NCBI RefSeq assembly: GCF_963853765.1
Contig: NC_088861.1
Span: 1,116,001 to 1,180,000, forward strand
From: Magallana gigas
Taxonomy: Eukaryota
DNA: 64,000 bases
Direction: 5' to 3'
The notes under the pieces were generated by a model that saw only the letters and a program-made list of their open reading frames with translations, was not told the origin of the DNA and made no database searches. How positions within the stretch are numbered: position 1 is the first letter of the stretch; each line of letters starts with the position of its first letter. Below are positions 1-11,364 of this stretch, in pieces. Made by a program: the position numbers and the translations under genes.

Positions 1-101
1 TGACAATTTAAGTCAAGAATTTTGCGGCAGATAAAACCCTGAAAACAAACTAACAAAATAGATAAAAAAAGAAAACCGTCAACATATTGAAGAATTCTAG
101 A

Positions 102-126
102 ATAAATAAATAAATAAATAAATAAA
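102..126. repeat. (TAAA)n microsatellite
   Basis: About 6 tandem AATA/TAAA units read directly from the sequence. Confidence 0.9.
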
Positions 127-3100
127 CAAATGGGGGAAAATTGGGCATGCTGTAATAGCGACATTCCTCTCTTGCAGTTCATTGAATTTTCCTGGAAAGG
201 CCATGCAGAGAAGCTCGAGTTTATTCTCTAACGCTAAGGAGTCGCATGGAAGGCAGGTATATTGATCACAGGAAGGAAGGATTCGTGACCGACTAGGCTG
301 TTGACCTCTCGTTCACAGCACTCAGGGCAGATGGAAAGCTCATTCAGAGGCTGTGAAAAAAGCTCTGTATCGGCATTTCATCTCCACAAGTCGACAAAAG
401 GTCAGTTGTGGACAGGGGAATTTTGGGTCAAATCGCATTGATTTCTGTTCCCCCTAGGGACCTTAGAGGGGCGGACAAAGTGAGGACAATGAACTGAACT
501 ATGAACGCTTCTCCTCAAAGGCCCAAAATACCTAGATCTATAATCTGCAGTTGATGGTTTAATTTCATACAACTGCATGTATCCCTATTCATAACACCAG
601 CAGCTAGACGCTATTCATTGATATTTGAGTAGCTGTCTTGTCTGTCTATTTGAAAATGCAACTAATTCATAATGGGACGAGTAGGTGTTAACAAATGGGA
701 ATCAGAATTGTCTGAATGACTCAGAAACAAAGCATGTCTTCAACAACCAGTAAAATTACCTCTGGTTGTTTTATTATACCACGAGTTTTCAGGTAAAAAT
801 ACGGCAAGGCAATTAAGTCAACCATGAAAGGGAAATCACAGTCAACCGCACCGGGTGTTCACCACCAACAAAAACATCATCGTGGAACCAAAACCTGCCT
901 CGCAACAACAAACGTTTTAGACATCATAGTTCGATGACATGTAAGGAAAAAGGCGATTGAGGGAGCGAAAGAAGCGAAAGAGCCACGAGATGAAAAGATC
1001 CGGAAGATTACAGGGTTGCATGCAAATTTGAAGATAATTCATCAAAAAAAAAAAAAAAGTGAAAAGACTGTTGGAACGAGAGTGCTCGGGTTTGGCGAAC
1101 GGCTGATGACCGAGGAGCTAATCCACTAGCAATCGATGAAGTGAAAGACAGCCTCAACGAACAGGCAGTCATTCACACCATAAACCCTAGTTGATCCTTT
1201 GACATCTCTCTTTTTAAAGGTGTTGGGCGGATCAACCACGTGCATAAATGCACGTCATGCACACTTGAAAACATTTTTTGTAAATTTCACTGCTGATTGA
1301 GTTTCATTTTTCTTTTACAAAAACGGTACTCAAAATTCAAATCTAATGCAGTGACATTTCTGAACGATGTAAATTGAAATAAAGATAACCGAACATTCTT
1401 GCCCTGAAGTCTTGCTTCTGAGTTTAGAGAATTAATCATTCTAAGTGGTTTATATTCTATTTCTCTTATGACATGATGACGACTTTTAACCCCCCAAAAA
1501 GCGTAATAATTACATAAAACAATTTTGCCATACTATAGCATAATTTTTTTTTGTTATAACACCGCCATTAATTGCATTTATGCAACTTTTGGAAGTCGTT
1601 TCACGTTCTCAAACTCGTTCTCACTGTCTCGATTGCACTTTTCTCTACTGCCAGAATGATAAATTCTGTGAGTAATTGGGGGTTGCCTTAGTGTAGTTTT
1701 AGCAGTGCAAAAGAGAATTATGCTTTCAACACGATTGTCACTAAAATAGAAAGGAATCCACATTTCAAGGTGAAAGGCATTCGAATCACAGATGATGTGT
1801 CTATTTTCAGTCGGTACGGGAGCCTTCGGCTGTTGAAGTCCTTTTGGATGAGAGTCAAAAGACATACGTTCTTTCTGTGCTGCTATCGTTTATTGAATTA
1901 AAAATACTGTTTTCGAATATTTAGTAAATGTCTAAAAATATCCTGTTTTGATTGAATTGTGGTAAATTGTCGTCTATATTTGAGTGTTACGATGAGATTA
2001 AAGTTTACATATGGGATTGGTTCCCGAAATCTTACATACTTTATAATGAATCTAAAGAATATCCAACAATAGTTCTTCGCTCCTATTCGTAAAAATAGTC
2101 CTTTCTGATATGCCATATAGATTAGGGTTTTGGTAGGTTTGGTCGATACTCAGTTGATATTAGTATCTTATCAAACGCCGGATTTCAAAAATCTTGTATT
2201 TTTAACGCCTCCTTCTACTCACGTTTTCCTCTAGAATAAGTATGTGCTTATAATTCATTAAGAAGAAGAAACTTCTATCGCTTTCGAAATTTGGACTTTT
2301 CTGTGTTTCGACAACCATTACAGTTCAGAAGAGGAGACACCATCCCAGAAATCAAATACATATATTATTTAACATCTCTGCATTTATGCACACGCATAAC
2401 TCAGGTATAAAACGACCAGTACGGATGATTTTGCAACTTTGTAAACAATATTAAAATATTCTTTATTTAATTTGTTCAAGAACTCCCAACAGAAATGTGT
2501 GAAATATATGACGACCGGACATTCCTTGAAACATACAATTTTTTTTATGATTAGCAAATCATTATATTTTAGAATTTCTTACCTTCAACGAGTAAAATCA
2601 AGTAACTTATAGTACTAGATGCCGAAATTACGTTTGTCTGCAAAGAATAGGCAATTTTGGAGGAGAAAAAAATACGTTGAAAAACTAAAAAATACAGTTT
2701 TGTCTTCCACATTCTGAAAATAAATAATTTTAGATGCTTAACTTGTCAAATTCAAAAGATCCTCGCTTGCTTCAACCGAAGATGGCAAAGAGCGTAAATC
2801 GAAGTCTTACAAAATTAATATTGTACATCGTTGCACATGCAGATCCTATGTAGTTTTGACATTCTCTGATAGTCAAATAAAACACATGTCGGACTTCATT
2901 TTACAGTATTGCAAGCGAGATAACTCCGTATGGTCAGTCAAACAACTGATCCATGTATCTAAATATTACTGCCTATATAATATTATATTTGTTGCAAATG
3001 TTTCAAACTGAGTGTTTTATCATACACTAAATAAATACCAAATGAATAAGTACTTACAATATATGGTTCGTAATGAACAGATGAACGTTTGTTTTGGAAT

Positions 3101-3369
3101 TAAGTTTCTTCATGTACTACCGAATCAGTTATTTCGCTTTCACACATTAATATATCATTACTTTCATTTTTATTCTTTCGTTCTTTCTTTTTTACAAGGT
3201 ATTTCCCCCTTTATGTCAAAAGAAGAGGACATTATTAGTATGAATGATTACACTGCACAAGATATATACATACTCCAGATCATTACGCAAACTAAAGATA
3301 AACAGTCTGTATTTTGTTGATTGTACTTTTGACACTAGATATCATCATATTTAAAAACGTTGTTTCAAA

Positions 3370-4320
3370 GAATTTTTATCAAAATATATTTTTCTATTTT
3401 TATTGTTTACAATGCTCTAATAATCAACCAAAATTTGAGTGTTAAGTCGTAGAGATGCAAGCAAGATACAGAGCTCACAATTCTTTGTTATGTAAACAAG
3501 GTTCGTGCCATGTTTTTGTTTACATTGATTCAATATGTTACATTAAACAATTAAATAATCAAAATTTTCTACTACAAATATGAGTTTATTTTCTGTCTGC
3601 TGAACATAAATAAACAGATCATAGCGTCACATTTTTTAGGTTTAGTCCTAGAATTTCCTATTCAACATTCAAAATTTAATAATTACATTAAATATATATA
3701 CATTTCCCTGCATGTTGCATTGGAAATCTGTGACGTTCAATTTCTTTTGAATACACTTAGCCTATTCATGTTTTGAGTATATTTGCTACTAGTTTATTAT
3801 TACTATCTATTACTTACTTATTGTAAGATTTAATGAAACGATCAAACTTACATAACTAATTTGATATGTAATGGTTAATTCTTATCTATTCGTCAATACA
3901 AAATAAATGGACAAAGTTTTTGACACCATATTTTTAATCGCGGAAGCAAACCAAATATATGTTACAAGATGATATGGCTGTTTCATATCCCTGTCTAAGA
4001 GCGTATATAATGGCTTTAAAGCGATGATTCACAAATATTTCATGCAAACAGATATAAGAATGAATATACTAGTAAATATAAGCACTGGATGCTTATTTTT
4101 GGATGTCGTCGCTCCTATAACACCCCAAGCTTTGACATGAGCTTTGTTTAAGAAACAAAATAATTGTAGTCTTGGTGTTTTCTTTACAATTAACTCGACG
4201 ACATATTTTGGTTGACAGTAGAAATGCCTAACTAAAGCACTGTAGACATTAAAAACGGAAAAATAAATTTTGACCAAATCATTATTTCCCGACTGCGCCG
4301 GGTGCGTTCTACTAATTCTT
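3370..4320. mobile_element. ~0.9-kb segment present upstream of STAND copy 1 but absent upstream of copy 2; probable non-autonomous DNA transposon sequence
   Basis: The flanks (gatatc..atatttaa at ~3338; ggaagaatttgaaacac..aaaagacatgg at ~4330-4378) align with 11015-11161 upstream of copy 2, where they are only ~100 bp apart. Contains the hairpin atgtaaacaa-N16-ttgtttacat (3490-3525). Termini not resolved. Confidence 0.4.
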
Positions 4321-4604
4321 TAAAAATTACGGAAGAATTTGAAACACAAAAAGTGCGCTTTCAAGTTTATACCCGTGAAGGCTTTAAAAAGACATGGAGC
4401 AACGATTTCCCATCTGAAGACTTAAGTGTAAGAACAATTTTATTTTGTGAAGTGATAATTATTTACATTTTTAAGTCAATTTTAAAACTAAAAAATGATA
4501 AAAATGATACAAACCATACGTATAATTTACGATTTGTTCACGTTGCAGTATTGCATGAATCTAAAGAACATGAATTTTTCATCTTATGAATGACAAATTG
4601 CATA

Positions 4605-7600
4605 ATGGCTGATTTCGTTGGACGTGTAAAAGAAATCCAAGACATCACTAAGAGAGTGATTTCTCAATCAAGCACATCAACAGTTGTCATAGTGTACGGA
4701 CTTAGAGCAGTAGGAAAGTCTTCCTTAGTTCGTCAAATTTGCCACAGGATCCAGGATTTTGAAGTGGAATGGGTGGATCTAAAAAACGTAGGCGAGGGAA
4801 TCAGAATTTTGGAACCCCTCGCATTATCAATTTTAAAAGAAAGCCTAAGCTTATTACGCCATGAGGACATTCATGAAGTTTTCGACGGTCTGGTTAATAG
4901 AATTTTAACCACACTCAAAAACTCTCAAAAGAAACATCTCATTGTCTTTGACAACATGGAAGACGTTGTGGAGAGCGAACTATCTGTAGACATGGAAAAG
5001 GTGATTTACTCGCTTGCTAGTCTAAAGAACACTCGAATACTGGCCACATCGACAACAAAACTCCCACTTGCTCAACATCCCGATATCTTTGAAATGACAT
5101 TGGGTCCATTGTCGTTAAAAGACTCACAAGACTTACTCTGCAAACTTTGTCCGTCTTTAGAAAAGGACCAAAAATTCTACAAAATTGTCGACTTATGTGA
5201 AGGCTTACCACTTGTTCTTCAGATGACCGCAGCCGAAATTGACGCAGGGGACTTAACTGTGGAAGAGATTATATATCTGCTGAGCCAATGTCGACTGAAA
5301 CTTTTGAGTCAGGAGTTTTATCCAAGTACAGAGAGACTGGGTAAAAAAAATGCATTTTTAACGTCATTTTTGCATATTTACTAAAAAATTTGTAAAGAGG
5401 GCTGGGAGTTAGTGGTCTTTTTAAAACTGTATTAATTTTCTCGAGACGAATCTTTTCAATAGTTTAAGGCAAGAATATCATGTCTCAAAATGTTTAGCTC
5501 GATCTGATGGGCACTTTGTTGACCGTGCATCCTCCTTAAAACGTTTGTCACACAGCTAATTCTGTTTACAGCTCCAGTCTATCTTGCATTCCTTCACCGC
5601 ATGTCTAAACCACTACAGGAGAAGTTGTCTATGATTAATTATATTCCAGGGACATTTGACGAAAAAGAGGTATTGGGAATTATGGGTAAATATCAGTGTT
5701 AAGAATGTAGTAACCTATATGGGAACAATGAAGCCATGGTTTTGAATTTCATTTTATTTAAGAGGGCTTGATGATTGAGTCTATATCAGACTCTATCAAT
5801 TTCCATATAAAGAAGAGCTCTGTAATAGACAGAGCACAATTTTAGATTTAAAAGCAAAAAATTAATTGATTTTTTATGCTGTATAAAATCCATAACTTTA
5901 AAATCATATCAAAACATCTAAGGAAGATCTGATGGTTATTTTGGTGACAATAAAGTTTCCTTAAACATTATCAAGGATACAATTTAAAATTAATGTGTTC
6001 ACTATTGATCTAAGAAAGTCTTGGTTGTGTACAGCTCATATTAATTAGAGTCGTGCTCATTAAATGACCTCAAAGCTTTATCAATGACAACACATTATAT
6101 AATGTTGAAATAGAACTAAACAAGCTCTTATTGTTCACTGAAATCGTCAGTCAATTGATTTTGTTCACTCTAGGTCCAGAGAGCACAAATACTGAACATT
6201 TGAGAAGCGCAATGAATCGCCATGTTATCCAAAACTATGGTGTTCACCAAAGATTTAATATCCATGGAATTCTACGAGACTGTATATCTGAATACATGTT
6301 GATTAAGGACTTACCTTGTGAGTTATTAAATCAGTCTGTTTTTAATACATTTAAAATTAAAATTGGACCACGATGTGATGTGCGTGACCCAAAAACAAAT
6401 GGACTTCTACAACAACATTTTTCAACGTCTTTATAACTGTACATCAAATACATACATTGTATTTTTTTCAATTGCAGTAGTGCGTGGCAGATTTTGCAGA
6501 ATCTTTTCGGAAATCCTTCAAGAGCTCGAGAATAAATCGTTTACACCCGACTACCAGAGGGCGCTTTGTCAACTAAATATGGAACAACAGAACTTCAATA
6601 AACTTCTGACCGATGTTCTTCACTGTACCAGTGATACATACCACATTTTTGTCAACATTGCTTTCTTCCAGTTTAATTTGACCACTCCAGCTTTCTTATT
6701 TAACTCTCCTGACTCATACGGTAGGTAATCCTCAGTCTCAAGCCTCTATTTAGTAAATGGATTGAAAATCTGCCGCAATTTCACTGTGTTTTATATTGTT
6801 TAAGAGATGGGAATGATGTTCTTCAAAGAATGTCTACGCCTTACCCAACAACACAAGAATAAATACGACTCATCCAAAGTCCTTAGTGGTTTAGGAAGTG
6901 TTATTACGAACATAAAAGTAAGATAAATTCGATTGGATTTATTTGCTTGTTTTACTAATAAAAACCTTAATTGAAAAAACAATTAAGAATAAGCTAATTT
7001 ATTGCAAAAACTTGATTTAAACTATGCATCAAGTTGGTAATTTAAGACAGGTGCTGGATATGAGGCAACAAATTTACAATACAGTTTTGGGGGGATAGAA
7101 CATATACAGCAATTCATATACAGGACACTTTTACTCATAAACATCTTCCAGAATCAATAAGAAAACATTTATATAACTATAAATCTTAGTAATGCTTTTT
7201 TATTATAAAACATGTTTGCTCTTTTGTTCTATTAGGGGGACTATATCCTCGGAGAACACCACTATAGGAACGCGTTAAGAATCAGACAGGGTGGCCAAAC
7301 AGTGAGGGACTGTTCATTGGCTTTCCTTTATCAAAGTCTGGGTTGGAACTTGGGATGCCAGGGGAAATCACAAGAAGCTATCGTGTAAGGTTAAGCGGCT
7401 TTATATGTCAAAACCAAAGCAACAAAATACGATGGCGAAAAACAGAACACATTTCTACTGTTGAGAGATAAAGCAATGCCAGTATATTATGGTTACATGC
7501 TTGCTCAATTTATATACTAGTAGTTGGTTCACGTCTGCTTGATTAATAAATAAATAAAAAATAAATTTTCAAATTAGAATATGCCCACCCAGTTGTGATT

Positions 7601-8934
7601 AAAATGCAAAAAATAAATAAAATAAAATAAAATAAAATAAAAACTAGCATCTGTTGAACAACAACTTTTGTTTTAATTTTCTTTTTAACAAAATTTAATT
7701 AAATGCCGGATTTGTAAGATGTGAATATAGTCTTGCTAAATTATTTCATGGCATGATTATGTATTTTTGTATTTCTTATGAGCATACTGTGCTGATCTTG
7801 AAATTCAATATCACGTAATGAACAATTCATTGAATTTATATCAATGTGACGAAATGAAGTTTCTTCTGTCATTATTATATTTTCCAAGAGCATACTGTGC
7901 TGATCTTAAAATTTAACTTCATTATGAAATTTCTTCCGTCATTCGTTATTATATTTTCAGATTTCTTGAAAAAGCCCTAACAATTGAAATAGAACTGGGG
8001 ATGTCTTTAGAAAATCTCATCCTAAACACACTTCAATCCCTTGCCTTATTTCATCTAGATCTAGGTAACCTGTATTTTCGATCCACAAATGAATAAAAAA
8101 GAATATTTAACCTATGATTTTGTTTTACTAATGATAATTAAGAGGCCATATTAAAACGCTTGGTTGATTCTTTTAGATCACATGGACATAGGCGAAAAAT
8201 ATCAACTGGAGGCTTTACGACGCAGACGACAAGCTATTGGGACGGATATGCACCCTATTCTTGGTGCTATGTTGAATAATGTTGGTGAAATGTATCAAAA
8301 GAAGGGGCACATTTCCCAGGCAGAACAATATTTTAGACGTGGGCTTGAAATCAAAACACAAACAAACGCAGCATGGAAAAGCATAGCGTTATCTGAGGTG
8401 AACGTTGCAAACATATTGACTGAATCTGGAAGACCCGACGAAGCGCTGGAAGTCTTGGACAGCAGCATGAAACGGGCGGGGAAATTCCAAAATATTTATG
8501 AGGATATTCGGTCTCTTATAAGCGAGTGCTTTGGAAAAGCTTTTATGGAGAAAAGAATGCACAAAGAAGCTGTTGGGCATTTTCGGAAAGCTGTTCGTCG
8601 TCATGGTTGCAGCCAGTCACGTGATTACGGTGTCCTTAATTCGCAGTGTCTATTAGCCGAATGTTTAATTGGTCTTAAAAAACACGAAGAGGCCATAGAT
8701 TTGATTAATTCTGCACTTCGACAAAAAGATGCAGCAATTCGACACAAACCGTCTACGCTGAATATTCTTCGTTGTTATAGGATTCTTCGAAATGCACAGT
8801 CAGCCATAGGTAAATATTCAGATGCACACATATCGCACGAGCAAGGCTGTCGTGAATATGAGCGACTAAAAGAATGTTTTTATAAAGAAGAAGGCATGGA
8901 GAAAGTTCGGATAGAATGGATTGACCATACATAA
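4605..8934 (+). CDS. STAND (NB-ARC-like) NTPase-TPR protein, NLR-like, copy 1 (subfamily A, soluble), ~786 aa
   Basis: Exons 4605-5340, 5572-5685, 6174-6317, 6478-6720, 6805-6917, 7236-7384, 7961-8064, 8177-8934; all GT-AG, total 2361 nt, open frame. Motifs: FVGRVKEI, Walker A GLRAVGKS, Walker B LIVFDNMED, CEGLPL, winged-helix FNIHGILRDC, TPRs (MLNNVGEMYQKKGHISQAEQYFRRGLEIK). Confidence 0.92.
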
Positions 8935-11364
8935 TAACGACATTGCTATCCTCGATTAATTGCCAGAAAACACATGGTTCATGTGAATTAAACTTTATAT
9001 ATTATCTTTATTTCTTTTTATGTCACTTGCGTTGAGATTGTTTTATGGAATTTCTCATCTTCTCTTCTCATTTTATTATGAAGACCAAGCCAATATACAT
9101 ATTGGCTTGGAATATGTGTCATACATGTACACATAACGTAGAATGTCCTTTACAAATATTGTCCAGAATCAAATGCTTTTTAGATTACCAGGTTAAACAG
9201 TTAGTTATTTTGTGAATCTTGTTTTGAGCCAAAAAAATTCTTCAATCATTATTTCCCCTTAACCATTATAGTGATCACAAAGTGTTGAGAAGATAATTAA
9301 TAAAACTAGCTGTATTCTTTTTTTTTTATTTGACAGACTTAATGTTTGAGCAAAAGGTTCAATGGTCCGACTCTGGCCTAGAAGACTGCTGGAAAATTTA
9401 TAATTTTACATTCATAAAAAGTCATAGTGAATTTTAATATAGTCCAATATTGTAAAATTTGAAAACTTTAAAGCGGTTTTTTAAATTAAGATATGGTGAA
9501 TTTTCATCAACATAAATATCTCAAGATGATCACACCACGATAAATTGCAGTTCTTTGGATCCTTTAGAAATTGTTTTAAATTCAGTTAAGGCCATTGAAC
9601 CTCCTCTCTTGTTTCAGTAATAGTATATGTTGCCATTTTATGTTGCCCGTTGCTATGTTCTATCCCAGATGGCGTTCTTTAATCATACACGGGGAAACAT
9701 ATTTCATTATTTCACACCCCCCCCCCCGGCAGCCTTTTTGGACTCCAACCCCATTTTTGAATCAGAATTTGCTACCAAAAGCTGCACGTCTACTGATCTT
9801 GCCGTTTAAGACAAGCCATCGTCAACAATAAGGAATGTTTTCCTTTTAGGAAGAGAGTCTGAAAAAATGTAAAACTACAATGTAAATAAGGTTATTTATA
9901 AGATTTGACATGTAAAGGTAAATCCTGACATAAAAAAGACCTGAAAAAAAACTGACAGGAGAAAAATTCATTAATATTGATTTGCAGTTCTTTAGGGAAA
10001 AATACTGATTAATTCGTTCATATTTGAAGACAATTTATTCTGGACCAAAGAAGTGGATAATTCAAAGATAACTATCTTTAAATCTTATTAGCGTTATGTA
10101 TTACAAGCGAGATTACCCCGTATGGCAAGTCAAACAACTGATCATCGAATTGTGTATCTAAGTATAAGTGCTTAGATATTTTTTTTGAAATTAATATCTT
10201 ATTTCTTGCAAACTTTGCTAAGTTTTATATTTAAGATTCTCCGATCCTTAGCCTCAAAGTATTTTTTTCATTCAAAAAATGTTATTTAAATTTCAAACTC
10301 TATAAACGAAATAAAATAGAAAAGTATTTTTTAATGGTATCCATGCATTTTGCAAAGTTATTGCAATTTAGGCCACGATGAATATAATGGAATACATAAC
10401 GTATATATGTATAAGTTGAGAAATTTTGAAGGAAAAAAACCCGGTTGTACAGGTGCATCGCTACCTTATCTTCTTGGTAGTAGGTGTCCATGGAGCCACT
10501 AAGTCAAGCAATTCGTTGAATGACTTTGTGTAATATTAACACTTTAAGACTTATTAAATTTGTCTATTTAATAGTCAGATTTATGGTACGAATAAAACAA
10601 TGCGGATAAATTAGAGTTATCGAACATTGCTGAGGATCGGAGATCGTTAAAAAACCCAACATCCGGTTGGGTTTGACAGAGAATATGCAGAGTTTTGTAT
10701 TATTGTATAGATAAAATTGAGTATTCATCAATGGCTTTCATATAGAGTTCGTAATGAAAAGTTAGTGTGGATCAAAGGTTGTTCATAACGGAGGTACTGT
10801 ATTAATTATTTTTCTTAATCATTCAGATTATCAGTTGCATCTTCCCTCTAACAAGATATTTTACTCCTCTTACTATCACCTTTTATGATAAACGATCATC
10901 TGGTAATTAATAGCTGCTTTGAATGATAACAATACAATAAATGCAAACATTCTATTTCATAACACACAAAGAAAATATAAAATGTCTGTTTTATTGATTT
11001 TCTATTGATACTGAGATATCGTAGATATTTTTAACATGTTGTTTTTGTTGATTCTTGACTAAGCCGAGTATAATGGCAGTATTTGACAATTGCGGAAGTA
11101 TTTGACACGCTGAGCTGCACTGTCATGGATGTTTGAATACGAAAGTTTACAAAAGACATGGCGCAATGCAATCTGATATGAAAACTATGTGCATTATGTG
11201 AAAAATCTAGTTTATTTACTTTTTTAATTTAACTTATGCAAAATTGATAAAAATGATAAATAACATACGAATGATATAAGTTATTTTTATCACATTGTAG
11301 AATTATTTGAATCCAGAGAACATGGCATTTTCATTTCACAATCTGTTCAAATGCAAATTGCATA

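Noticed and set aside
130-560. GC-richer segment that looks like decayed coding sequence (contains GRWKAHSEAV in one plus frame)
   Set aside because: All frames are interrupted and no family could be assigned with confidence; probably a transposon remnant.
1200-2450. Possible transposon with gtgcataaatg / catttatgcac inverted match and short minus-strand ORFs
   Set aside because: Termini and TSD not definable; peptides not recognisable.
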